DNA from: Myxococcota bacterium
GTDB lineage: Bacteria > Myxococcota_A > UBA796 > SXON01
NCBI GenBank assembly: GCA_964202365.1
Contig: CAXNIN010000001.1
Span: 1-52,848 of the forward strand
Direction: 5' to 3'
DNA: 52,848 nucleotides
The position numbers were made by a program, and so were the translations under genes. The notes below the pieces were generated by a model. That model had not been told where the DNA came from and did not search any database. It saw only the letters and a program-made list of their open reading frames with translations. Positions 24,642 through 33,594 of the stretch are shown piece by piece (within the stretch, counting starts at the first letter, position 1; every line of letters starts with the position of its first letter).

Positions 24642-25889
24642 TCACGCGACCTCGGGGGCGTCGGCGCGCGTCCACATCACGACGCGGCCGTCACCGAGGC
24701 GGACACGGCGCTTCGCATACCCGAGGCGGCCGAGGATCGAGGCCACGCGCATCCCGTCGCGCTTCGTCTGGCGGGCGATCTCCACGGCGAGCGCAGCGCC
24801 CAGCACGTCCGCCACGGTGAACGGCTCCTCGCGCTCCCCGGCCCACTTCTCGATGGGGGCCTCCCAGGCGTCCACCTCGCGGTAGGGCTCGGACGCCTCG
24901 ATGCGCGCCTGCTCACCCTCCGGCGAGAGCCACCACGTCTCTCCCTGGTCGAACCGCCACCGGGCCTCGGCCCAGAGCTGGTCGCGTTCGGCCGCGAGCG
25001 CGTCGAGGTTGATCACCGTCACGGCGACCGGCCAGAAACGCCGGCTTCCACTTGGGTCGCGAAGAAATTCCGGCTCGTTGGTGGTGCCGACGAACACCGT
25101 CTGGCGGGGAACGTCCACCGTGTTGCGCCCGTAGGACGGGCGGTAGTGGTCGATCTGCGCGCTGATGTACGCCTTCACGGCGCTGGTCTCGGAGCGGCGG
25201 AGGCTGTCCAACTCGGCCAGCTCGAAGATCCACACGCCGGGGAGCTGCTGGTAGGCGTCCTTGCTGGCGAAGTCGATGGCGCTGTCGCTGAACCAGTCCG
25301 GCCCGGCAAGCGTCGCGAACGCGCGGCTCTTTCCGATGCCCTGCTGGCCAACGAGGATCAGCACGTTGTCCACCTTGCAGCCCGGCTGCATGACGCGGGC
25401 GACCGCGCCCACGAGGAAGGCCCGGCCGAACTCGCGGATGAGCGGCGTGTCCTCCGCGCCGCAGTGCTCGGTCAGCCAGGTCTCCGTGCGGACGACGCCG
25501 TCCCACGCGAGCGAGTCGAGGTACTCCCTCGGGCCGTGCGTCGGGTGCTGGTTGCCGACGTGGCGCACGGCCTCGCCGACGAGGGTGGATGAAGCACGGA
25601 TTCCGTACATGCGGGCGATCTCCAGGTTGATGGCGGTTTCGTCGTCGTCGCGGACGGGGCTGCCATCGACGACTGTGCGGAGGCGGAACTCGTCGCGCTG
25701 GCACCGACCCGAAAACTTGGGATCGCCCTCCAGGATCGTGACGAAGTTCAGGAGCGTCGCGAGCGGTACGCCGTCCCTGCCTTCCTCCAGCAGCTCGGCG
25801 ACGCCGGGGTGGGGGGCGACGGGCGTGACGCCCGCCACGTCCATCGACGGCGGAAGGTCACTGGACATCGACACCTCCGCACGCGGCAT
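24642..25889 (-). CDS. VirE-family P-loop NTPase (phage/plasmid primase-associated SF3-type helicase)
   Basis: 415 aa. Walker A 'LVGQQGIGKS', 'VWIFELAELD' (Walker B-like), 'FVGTTNEPEFLRDPSGSRRFWPV', typical of VirE/D5-like helicases. Start is ambiguous (ATG 25889, 25868 or 25844). Confidence 0.85.
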   Translation of the reverse strand: MPRAEVSMSSDLPPSMDVAGVTPVAPHPGVAELLEEGRDGVPLATLLNFVTILEGDPKFSGRCQRDEFRLRTVVDGSPVRDDDETAINLEIARMYGIRASSTLVGEAVRHVGNQHPTHGPREYLDSLAWDGVVRTETWLTEHCGAEDTPLIREFGRAFLVGAVARVMQPGCKVDNVLILVGQQGIGKSRAFATLAGPDWFSDSAIDFASKDAYQQLPGVWIFELAELDSLRRSETSAVKAYISAQIDHYRPSYGRNTVDVPRQTVFVGTTNEPEFLRDPSGSRRFWPVAVTVINLDALAAERDQLWAEARWRFDQGETWWLSPEGEQARIEASEPYREVDAWEAPIEKWAGEREEPFTVADVLGAALAVEIARQTKRDGMRVASILGRLGYAKRRVRLGDGRVVMWTRADAPEVA

Positions 25890-26760
25890 CGAGGAGGGCG
25901 TCGAGGAACCCCGACCACCCGCAGGTTTTGCGGTGGGAGCAGGCGGCCTTTCGCTTCCGTCGCGGGTCGATCAGGAACCACACCGACGACCGACCGCACG
26001 CGGGGCACGGGATCTCCTTCGCGCTCACCGCCCCGACCCGCGCGCCGAGCCGTTGCGCGGCGCGCTCGCGGACCTCGGGATCGTTGTTCAGCCGGTACTG
26101 GGCCACACGACGGGCCTGGTCCATGCGCACGGGCACTGGCGGCAGGGGGCGTCGGGGCGTGGGCGGGGCGTCGTCCTCGGGCACGAGGCGCGGACCGGCG
26201 AGCACGCCGTCGACATCGACGGCGTGACCGTCGCGGTGCTCGTAGACCGCCAAGTGCAGGCGCTCGGCGGGGCAGGCGGGGATGTACCAGAGCCGGGCGA
26301 CATCGCGCGCTTTCCGATCAGCGTGGCCGCCGAGGTCGGAGTCGAGCGCCGACCACACCTTCGCGTACTCGCGCGCCGACAACGGACGCGAAAGCACGAG
26401 CACGACGCGGAAGCAGTTGTCGTCGTCGCCCGCCGTCTTGTGGCTGAACGACGTGTAGAGCAGGTAGGCGTAGCCGAGCCTTCGCAGCGCGGAGACGATG
26501 GCCCGCGCGACGGCGGCCGGCAGGTGGTCGAAGTCGAACACCAGCGCCGTGACGGACGTGACCCCGGCCTTGCCACGCCCCGCGCCCTCCGCGTAGGTGG
26601 CGAACGACACTGCGGGCGTGCCCTTCTTCAGCGCGCGCTCGATGTGGCGACGGAGGGCCCGAGGCAGCGGGGCCGCGTCGGGCCGGGGGATCGCGTCCAG
26701 CTCGTTGTCGAAGTGGACGTAGGCCATGACGTGCTCGGAGACAGACACGAGCACGCTCAT
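25858..26760 (-). CDS. Primase-polymerase (AEP superfamily, VirE-N/BT4734-like) with a C-terminal zinc ribbon
   Basis: ATG 26760 ('MSVLVSVSEH') within track ORF 25858..26931. 'ALVFDFDH' (DxD), 'LLYTSFSH', 'FRVVLVL'. C-terminal 'CPACGRSSVWF...CSHRKTCGW'. Confidence 0.7.
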   Translation of the reverse strand: MSVLVSVSEHVMAYVHFDNELDAIPRPDAAPLPRALRRHIERALKKGTPAVSFATYAEGAGRGKAGVTSVTALVFDFDHLPAAVARAIVSALRRLGYAYLLYTSFSHKTAGDDDNCFRVVLVLSRPLSAREYAKVWSALDSDLGGHADRKARDVARLWYIPACPAERLHLAVYEHRDGHAVDVDGVLAGPRLVPEDDAPPTPRRPLPPVPVRMDQARRVAQYRLNNDPEVRERAAQRLGARVGAVSAKEIPCPACGRSSVWFLIDPRRKRKAACSHRKTCGWSGFLDALLDAACGGVDVQ

Positions 26761-26912
26761 CGGCGACCTCCGCGACGGCCCTGCGGGCGGTAGGGGCAGG
26801 GCGGCGGGCCGACGTGCAGACCGCGCCGGTCGAACTTCGGCGGCGACGGCGGCTTGTGCGGCGAGGGCGGCCCCTTCGGGCTCGGGGGCTGCGCCGGTGG
26901 ACGCTTCTTCAT
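26757..26912 (-). CDS. Possible small Pro-rich basic protein
   Basis: 51 codons. ATGA overlaps at both ends (26909-26912 and 26757-26760) argue for translation. The Pro/Arg-rich composition could equally be a GC artefact. Confidence 0.3.
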   Translation of the reverse strand: MKKRPPAQPPSPKGPPSPHKPPSPPKFDRRGLHVGPPPCPYRPQGRRGGRR

Positions 26913-27136
26913 CGGGCACCGCCAGCGGCACGGGCGGCGGCTTCGTCTTCGCGGTGCCACGAGAGAAGCTCGCGGCAGAAGCCGAACAGGTTCGACCGCA
27001 TCGCGACGGCCCGGTCGCGCGAGATCCGTTCGTGGGTACGGGGCTGGAAGACCCGGATGATCGGGTCGAGGGACGGGTCGGCCGTCGCCGTTGAAGCGGG
27101 AATTCTGGCGCTTGGCAAAGGGAGCCTCTTGAGCAC
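26909..27136 (-). CDS. Possible small protein; first gene of the replication operon
   Basis: 75 codons with a GTG start at 27136. Partly balanced composition ('MRSNLFGFCRELLSWHRE'). ATGA-coupled to the next ORF. Confidence 0.35.
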   Translation of the reverse strand: MLKRLPLPSARIPASTATADPSLDPIIRVFQPRTHERISRDRAVAMRSNLFGFCRELLSWHREDEAAARAAGGAR

Positions 27137-27146
27137 CCCCTCTGGC

Positions 27147-27185
27147 GGTACCTTTCAGGTACCGGGCCGGTACATTCGGAGTACC
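27147..27185. promoter_or_regulatory. GGTAC(C) repeat cluster / hairpin; candidate operator or terminator between the defence operon and the replication operon
   Basis: ggtacc 27147-52 and ggtacc 27158-63 can form a 6-bp stem with a 5-nt loop. ggtac 27169-73 and gtacc 27181-85 form an inverted pair. The cluster lies in the 61-nt gap between stop 27198 and start 27136. Confidence 0.3.
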
Positions 27186-27197
27186 AACGTCAGCCCG

Positions 27198-29237
27198 CTA
27201 CGCCCCCAAGTCCCAGACGGTCGACGGCGACACGTAGCTCGGATGGATCCCGTGGATGTTCTTGATGTTCTCGCTCAAGTGTTGCACCAGGCCGCTGTTG
27301 TCCGCGAGCTTCTGGAACGCTGTCGCGATGTGCTTGCGGGTACGCTGCCGAGCGGCCTCCATAGCGGGGTTTTCCTTCTTGATCCGCCCCCCCGGTACCA
27401 CGCTCGCGTTCCGATAGGTGGCGAGTGCCGCCAGCTCACGCTTGATGTCGATGATGGCGTCGGCGTCGGTCATCTCCTCGGCCTCGGCCAGCTGCTCCTC
27501 CAACGCCTCCCGTCGCTTCTCCACGGCGCCGAGGGTCTTCGCGTCGGTCTTGTCGCCGAGGTCGCGGGTCGCCCGTCTCGGAAGCACGTTCCCAGCAAGA
27601 TCGAGCACGCTCACCCGCTTCCCGTTCGCAGCGAGCAGCTTGTGGAGCACTCCCATCCCCAACGTGTCTGGAATGTGACCACCGGGATCGCCAGGAAAGC
27701 AGATGAACCAGGTACTACCATCTTTCTTAAAGACGTGCGTTGTGGTTGCCGAACTCGCGGATGCTCCGGACTCGGGGCGGTCGCGGCCGATCAGCAGCAT
27801 CGGCAGAGAGGTCGCCGGAAGCCCGCGCGAGGTGATGCTTCGGCGTTGCTCGCCGAACACCCTGTCAAGCACGCCAGCGACGGTGTTCCCGTGCCGGCGA
27901 TGCAGATCGAAGAGCGCCCGCAGCGTCTCGTCGGTGCTGGGAACGGTGGCCTCCAGCGCCCCGCTGATCGCCCTGGCGGCTTCGCCAAAACTCTGGAGGA
28001 AGGTGGCAGGGTCCTTCATAGTCGCCCACCGGTCGGCGGCGTCCACGTAGGCGACGGCGTACAGGCGGTCGACCTCCTTCGCGATCGGATCGCTGAAGAG
28101 CTGGTGGCCGTAGGTCTTCTTGTCCTCCTCGAAACGCAGCCCGAGCGACTCCAGCGCGACCCGCCGATCAACGCATTGCGAGCAGATGCCACAGTGCGGC
28201 TCGTCTTTACTCCGGTTCGTGACGTGCGCGCAGCTATTGGTTGCCAGGATGGCGTGCGTCATCTCTGCGGGGATCAGGCGTCCAATCACCTCGGCGCGGG
28301 TCAGGTAGAGGAAGGGGTTCTCGATGGTGAAGGGCCGGTCAAACACGCACGACAGCAGCCGGGCGAAGTCGCGGATGCCAAGGGGGTGGGTCGTGCGAGA
28401 TGCGGCTGCGCCAATCACCTGCTGGGAGACAGGCAGGTTGAACGAGACAATACCATTCTCATAAAACGTGAACCGGTCCTTGCCCGTCAGCGCTGCCACC
28501 GCGCCTGCCAGGGCGGTGAACAGGAACGACCGGGTACGTTGCGAGCGCTCACGGTCCATGCCCTTGCCGTGCCGGGGCGTGCGGATCCCGACGCGTGCGG
28601 CGGTGAGGCCGGGGTACCGCTCGTTCAGTAGGCGCAGCGCGTTGTCCTGCGACGTGATCGGGATTGGCGACGGACGATGGCTGACGAAGATGACTCTCCG
28701 ACCCTGCGATAGCTGGTCCACGGCCCCTGAGAACGAGTCCAGCCCCCCAGAAAGAAGGGAGATGGAATCGACGTGATCCCACGGAAGGTAGGTCGCGCGG
28801 TCGGGCTGGCGAAGCGAAAGCTGGCGGGAGTCGCGCACAAGCCGGGGCACGAACTCGAATCCGAAGGTCTCGTCTGCGACAAATCCGAGCGCCCTGCAGA
28901 GGGTGTCGGTGACTTCGCGCTGCCGCCAGAATTCGACGTCGAGCACAGGAATTCGGAACTGCCAGTTTCTGTGCCAGGTCGCGCCGAGATTGACTGCGTC
29001 CAAGTCACCACGGAACACCATCCCGTCGGCGGTGAGCACGTACGCTGCGATCAGCAGAAGATCTTCAATGCGCGGCGGAAGTGTCCCGGTGAGGCACCGT
29101 TCGATCCCGTCGATACCGACGGTCAGATTGCAGCCGTCGGCAGATGTCGGTCCGGCGCGCACGCGGACGGCGTCCTCCGGTCCCGCGCCGGCCGCGAGCT
29201 CGCCGCAGAGAACCAGCCGCGTCCGGGGCTGGTTCAC
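27198..29237 (-). CDS. QueC-like PP-loop ATPase with extra N- and C-terminal domains (679 aa)
   Basis: GTG 29237 overlaps the upstream TGA (GTGA). PP-loop 'LLSGGLDSFSG' is encoded at 28734-28751. 'TRSFLFTALAGAVAAL...FYENGIVSFNLP' is also present. QueC-type Cys cluster 'SCAHV...HCGICSQCVDRR'. The N-terminal ~155 aa and C-terminal ~250 aa have no recognised motif. Confidence 0.8.
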   Translation of the reverse strand: MNQPRTRLVLCGELAAGAGPEDAVRVRAGPTSADGCNLTVGIDGIERCLTGTLPPRIEDLLLIAAYVLTADGMVFRGDLDAVNLGATWHRNWQFRIPVLDVEFWRQREVTDTLCRALGFVADETFGFEFVPRLVRDSRQLSLRQPDRATYLPWDHVDSISLLSGGLDSFSGAVDQLSQGRRVIFVSHRPSPIPITSQDNALRLLNERYPGLTAARVGIRTPRHGKGMDRERSQRTRSFLFTALAGAVAALTGKDRFTFYENGIVSFNLPVSQQVIGAAASRTTHPLGIRDFARLLSCVFDRPFTIENPFLYLTRAEVIGRLIPAEMTHAILATNSCAHVTNRSKDEPHCGICSQCVDRRVALESLGLRFEEDKKTYGHQLFSDPIAKEVDRLYAVAYVDAADRWATMKDPATFLQSFGEAARAISGALEATVPSTDETLRALFDLHRRHGNTVAGVLDRVFGEQRRSITSRGLPATSLPMLLIGRDRPESGASASSATTTHVFKKDGSTWFICFPGDPGGHIPDTLGMGVLHKLLAANGKRVSVLDLAGNVLPRRATRDLGDKTDAKTLGAVEKRREALEEQLAEAEEMTDADAIIDIKRELAALATYRNASVVPGGRIKKENPAMEAARQRTRKHIATAFQKLADNSGLVQHLSENIKNIHGIHPSYVSPSTVWDLGA

Positions 29238-30013
29238 TTCGCCCCCATCGTCAACTCGTCCCTGATCTTCTTCAGGGAGTAGGCGACGAATCGACTCGCG
29301 TGCTCCTCATCAAGCTTGCCCTCGAAGCGCGCCTTGGAGATCCATCCCGACGCGAACTTCTCCACGATCCGGGCGGCTTCCTGACAGTGTGTTCGCAGCC
29401 CTTCCTCGAAGGCTCGCTGGCCAGCCAACCCGGCGTGAGCCTGGTCGGGGCCGGAGTGCAGCGGGAGTTCGCGGGCGATGAAATGGGCGAGCGTCTTCTC
29501 GGTGAGCCGGGCGAAGAACGCGCGCGCAAGCCCGCCAAACTCCTTGTCCGTGGATCGCGCCGCCAATGCATCCTGCGCGCTCTCGACGTTCCGGTCGGGA
29601 AAGAGGCCCATCTTCCGCGGCTGGCTGAACTCGGCGAGCGTCTCGGCCGCCGCCATTTCCGCCATCTCGCCGAGCGCGGACCGCGACCCTTGCGAGGCCA
29701 CCCAGGCATCCACCGCGGTCGTGAGGCCGGAGGCGAGATCGGCAGCGGTGGGCGCAGCCGCCGCCACCGACACGCCCGCCTCGGACAACGCGGCGGCGAA
29801 GTTGCCCTCCTTCCGCGACGCCTGAGAAACCTGGAGAAGGAGCCAGAACGAGCGAACGAGGGCCGGATCATCCGAGAGCGCCTTCAGATTCTCTTGCACC
29901 ACGTCCATCGTGGCCGCCGCCACCTGCGACGCTTCCGCGCCCGCCCCCACGAGCGCGACGACCTGCTCCCACTTCTGCGACTTGGGCAGCGTGCCGAGGC
30001 GAACGTGGCCCAC
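29234..30013 (-). CDS. Hypothetical alpha-helical protein coupled to the QueC-like gene
   Basis: Start placed at GTG 30013, 31 nt after the Res stop. Upstream codons of track ORF 29234..30136 overlap the well-supported Res C-terminus. About 259 aa, Ala/Glu/Leu-rich. Its TGA overlaps the QueC-like GTG. Confidence 0.55.
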   Translation of the reverse strand: MGHVRLGTLPKSQKWEQVVALVGAGAEASQVAAATMDVVQENLKALSDDPALVRSFWLLLQVSQASRKEGNFAAALSEAGVSVAAAAPTAADLASGLTTAVDAWVASQGSRSALGEMAEMAAAETLAEFSQPRKMGLFPDRNVESAQDALAARSTDKEFGGLARAFFARLTEKTLAHFIARELPLHSGPDQAHAGLAGQRAFEEGLRTHCQEAARIVEKFASGWISKARFEGKLDEEHASRFVAYSLKKIRDELTMGAK

Positions 30014-30044
30014 TACGGCACCCGCGGGGGACGCGCGTCGGTGC

Positions 30045-33000
30045 TCACAGCGTCCCCTGCACCACGAGCACCTCGACGAACCGGGCGACGAACTTGAGTC
30101 CCTCCACTTCTGCCGGGAGCGGGCGGTGAGCGGCATTCGCGCTCTCGGGGCTCAGCCACGAGCGTCCTTCACGGTCTCGGGTCCAGCGTTTGAACGTGAA
30201 GCCTCCGAGTTCTGGGTCACCCGCCTCCTCCAGCCGTGCGATGAGCCGGTCCCCCAGGACCGCGGCCGCCACTGACGGTTCGCCGAAGTGTTGCCACAGG
30301 CACCAGGCGCCGTCGGGTGCCACCTTGTCCATCGAGTCGCCGATGATCTGGGCGGCAAACAGGCCCTTCCTCACTCGATGCGTGAGCACCTCGACGTAGC
30401 CCAGCAGCTCGGGCGGCTCGCCCGTGAGGAACGCTCCCGCCGCGGCTTTGAGCGAGTAGGCGGGCACGGCCACCGTGTTCCGGTCGTCCACGATCTCGTC
30501 GCGGCGAAGGAGCCGCAGCGCGGGCCGTCTCCCGGGCGTTGGGACAGGCAACGACTCCCACCACGCCTCGGTCTTGCCCGTCACCACGCGATAGTCGATG
30601 CCCAGGGCGGCGAAGTACCGCGCGGCGATTCGGACCTTCCTCCCCTCGTTGGCGAAGCGCAGCTTGTCCAACTCCACGCTGCCCTTCGTCTCTCGGACCA
30701 GCTCCAGACTTGGCGGCCCTCCGCCCGGAAGGCGAACGAGCCCCCAATCCGGGTTGTACTTGTGGATCACCTTCGGCATCTCGATCTTGAACTTCGGGGG
30801 GAACTTGAAATACACGGCGAGGTCGCCCGTGACCGGCTCCAGGCGACGCTGGACGAATTCTCGCTCAACGTCCGAGTCCACCTGAACGAGATCGTAGAGC
30901 GAGGCTGGACCGCCCTGCACCACTTCCTTCTGCGGATAGGGAATCGTCGGCGTGAGGAGGTCTTCCGGCCCGTGGGGATCTCCGAGCAGACCGCCCGCCG
31001 GGGTGTACCGCACACGGTCGGCAACGTGATCGGCCAACCCTTCGTTCACGCCGTCCACGAAGGTGTTCGCCCATCCCTCCGGGTTCTTGAAGATCCCCGC
31101 CTTCTTCTCGGGCAGAAGGCCGTCGAAGATGCGGATGAGCGTCTCCCGCGTCAAGAACGTCTCCTCCGCCGCCCGGGTGATGAAGTCGGGGACGGGCTGC
31201 CTCTCGGTCGCGATGCGCTGGTCGGGTGAGCGGACGTTGTCCACCCCGGTCGCCTGGAACGTGTACACCTCGCTCTCGCTGACCTCGACGTCGTTGGCGA
31301 ATCGGACCCGACGCTCGCCGAACTGGTCCCAAATCTTGGTGACTCGAAACCCCCGAAGCTGCTGGTTCTTCTTGCCGAGGTCGTTGCCGACCGCGACCGT
31401 GACCTTCCACTCATCCGGCTTCACGAACCCGAGCGTGACTTCCACGCCCGCCGAGGAACGCATCTCGATCAGGAGCTGCGCCTGGCCCGGGCCCGCGGAC
31501 TTGGCGACGCGGACAACGTACTCGGTCACCACGAAGCGACCCCGCGACACCGTGATGACGGGCTCCGGAAAACGAGCCGCGTTCAACCGGGAGATGCACT
31601 CGGCCACCAGCGCGTCCGTTTCGACCGCGAGGTCGTAGACGAGCCGCTGATTGAGGCGCTTCCAGAACACCTTGAACTCAGGAAGGTTGTACAGCTTCTC
31701 GCGGCGGCGGGCCGTCGCCTCGTCCTTCCTTTTCGGCGGCGGCGGCGGAGTCTCGCCGTCGTTGACGTAGTCTTGCTGAAGGTTGCGGACGTAGTTCTCG
31801 TAGCTTTCGTTGGCCACCACGGTGAGGACGTTGATGCTCGCGCCCTCGGGCCGGTTTCCCTTCTGGTCCACGCAGAGTCGGAGTCCGCGCCCGATCTCCT
31901 GGCGCTTCTTGGTGGTGCTCGTGGTCTGGTTCAGCGTGCAGATTTGGAACACGTTTGGGTTGTCCCAGCCCTCCTTCAGCGCGGAGTGCGCGAAGATGAA
32001 CGCGACGTTCTTCTTCTCCTCCTTCCCATCGGGAAATGAAAGCAGAATCTCCTTCTCCCGCATGATCAGGTTGAAGGCCGCCTTGACCGCTGCTCGCGCC
32101 TCCTCGGAATCGGCACCCTCGTCCTGAATGTAGACGTCGCGCTCCTGCTTGGTGTCCTTGTCCTTCTTCGTCGTCTTTGCGAAGTAGGCGGCTCGGACGT
32201 TCGCCGGTTCGAGGCCCGACCAGTGCGGCCGACCAACCTTCAGCTTGTTGAACGTCTCGTCGAAGAGGCGGCGGATCGTGCCGTTCTCATCGACGTAGTT
32301 GGCCACCCGGTCGATGAAGAACAGGGACAACACCTTCACGCCGCGCTCCCGAAGCTCGTCCTGACGCTTCATGTGCGCGACCAACGTCTCTTCGATCTGG
32401 GCTCGCCACACGTCCACGCGGCTGCCCACCACCTCGTCGTTGGTGGTGAGCGTCAGTCCGCCTTCGGAGCCGCCGAGGAGCTTGACCGAACTGGCCTTGC
32501 CCTCCGCGTCGTAGTTGATCTCCGCGACCTTCATCCCTTCGTGCTCCGCCAGCCCCGTGAGACGCATCAGGTCATCGTTCTGTCTGAGCGTCACCGACTT
32601 CTCGGCGGTCTTGCCGTCTACGAGCGTGAGAACCCGGACCTTGGCCGAGATCGGTGGGCCCCGGTGGACCTCCTCCAAACGAAGCAAATTCGCGGAAAGT
32701 GAGCCGAGTTGAGCCACGCCGACCACCTGGATCTGCTTGACCAATCCATGCCTGAATGCCTGGACGGGGGTGAGCCGGTACACGGGGTTCGGTTGCTGCC
32801 CCTTGCGGTGCGTGGCGGAGTACCGGAGAACGAACAGCGGCTTGAGCGTGCGGATCGCCTCCTTCGAGGCTTCGGACCCCATGTTCTGAGGTTCGTCGAG
32901 CACCACGACCGGCCTGGTGGCTTGCACCCACTCGAACGGCCTGCGCTTCCCCGTCAGCTTCTCGGTTCCCTTGTAGAAGTTTCGCGACGCGGAGTTGAAC

Positions 33001-33584
33001 GCCTGCTGGGTCATCACCATGATGATCGGGAAGGTGCTCTTCGCGAAACTCCCGATGCGAGCGATCTGCGCGCCGTCGTACTCGAACAGGTGGAAGTTGG
33101 TAACACCGTACAGCGCGGCGAAGTGGGCCTTGGTCACCTCGAAGCTCTTCTTCACGCCTTCGAGGATCGCCACGGAGGGCACGACGATGATGAACTTCCG
33201 CAGCCCGTACTTCTGGTACAGCTCGATCATCGTCCGGAAGTACACGTAGGTCTTGCCGGTACCTGTTTCCATCTCCAGCGTGAAGTGGTGGCACCGGTAG
33301 GAGTCGTTCGACACGCCGTTGAGGAGCGTCCCATCGTCGGGTTCCAGATTCCCGACGGGGACGAGAGCGTCCGGGTGAGCCTCGTTGTGGCGCTCCTGTA
33401 CCGCGCGCAGGTTCTCCTCCAGCCAGTAGTCAGCGAGGTCGTCGGCCTCCGGCGCGTTCGGGACGATTTCGTCGAGAAACGTCCCCAGCGCCGACTTGTC
33501 GAGGCCCACGAAAAGGTCCACAACGGCCGCGATGCCCTCGATCTGGTGGGGTTGGTTCGGAGAAAATGTGAATTGGAATGCCAT
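30045..33584 (-). CDS. Type III restriction enzyme Res subunit (SF2 helicase plus PD-(D/E)XK nuclease) with a C-terminal S24 (LexA/UmuD-like) domain
   Basis: ATG 33584 ('MAFQFTFSPNQ'), 10 nt after the Mod stop. 'LEMETGTGKTYVY' (motif I), 'VVVLDEPQNMG' (motif II), 'RQEIGRGLRL' (motif VI). Nuclease 'YNPDWGLV...LVRETKG'. C-terminal 'KAAAGAF...IIGDSMDKVAPDGAWCLW...FTFKRW'. Confidence 0.88.
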   Translation of the reverse strand: MAFQFTFSPNQPHQIEGIAAVVDLFVGLDKSALGTFLDEIVPNAPEADDLADYWLEENLRAVQERHNEAHPDALVPVGNLEPDDGTLLNGVSNDSYRCHHFTLEMETGTGKTYVYFRTMIELYQKYGLRKFIIVVPSVAILEGVKKSFEVTKAHFAALYGVTNFHLFEYDGAQIARIGSFAKSTFPIIMVMTQQAFNSASRNFYKGTEKLTGKRRPFEWVQATRPVVVLDEPQNMGSEASKEAIRTLKPLFVLRYSATHRKGQQPNPVYRLTPVQAFRHGLVKQIQVVGVAQLGSLSANLLRLEEVHRGPPISAKVRVLTLVDGKTAEKSVTLRQNDDLMRLTGLAEHEGMKVAEINYDAEGKASSVKLLGGSEGGLTLTTNDEVVGSRVDVWRAQIEETLVAHMKRQDELRERGVKVLSLFFIDRVANYVDENGTIRRLFDETFNKLKVGRPHWSGLEPANVRAAYFAKTTKKDKDTKQERDVYIQDEGADSEEARAAVKAAFNLIMREKEILLSFPDGKEEKKNVAFIFAHSALKEGWDNPNVFQICTLNQTTSTTKKRQEIGRGLRLCVDQKGNRPEGASINVLTVVANESYENYVRNLQQDYVNDGETPPPPPKRKDEATARRREKLYNLPEFKVFWKRLNQRLVYDLAVETDALVAECISRLNAARFPEPVITVSRGRFVVTEYVVRVAKSAGPGQAQLLIEMRSSAGVEVTLGFVKPDEWKVTVAVGNDLGKKNQQLRGFRVTKIWDQFGERRVRFANDVEVSESEVYTFQATGVDNVRSPDQRIATERQPVPDFITRAAEETFLTRETLIRIFDGLLPEKKAGIFKNPEGWANTFVDGVNEGLADHVADRVRYTPAGGLLGDPHGPEDLLTPTIPYPQKEVVQGGPASLYDLVQVDSDVEREFVQRRLEPVTGDLAVYFKFPPKFKIEMPKVIHKYNPDWGLVRLPGGGPPSLELVRETKGSVELDKLRFANEGRKVRIAARYFAALGIDYRVVTGKTEAWWESLPVPTPGRRPALRLLRRDEIVDDRNTVAVPAYSLKAAAGAFLTGEPPELLGYVEVLTHRVRKGLFAAQIIGDSMDKVAPDGAWCLWQHFGEPSVAAAVLGDRLIARLEEAGDPELGGFTFKRWTRDREGRSWLSPESANAAHRPLPAEVEGLKFVARFVEVLVVQGTL
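30048..30482 (-). other. S24 peptidase-like (LexA/UmuD-type) domain fused to the Res C-terminus
   Basis: The last ~145 aa contain: an 'AAAG' Ala-Gly candidate cleavage site (30435-30440); 'GDSM' with Ser at 30333-30335; and 'FKRW' with Lys at 30189-30191. The codons were checked against the plus strand. Confidence 0.65.
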
Positions 33585-33594
33585 CTCGTGCCCC

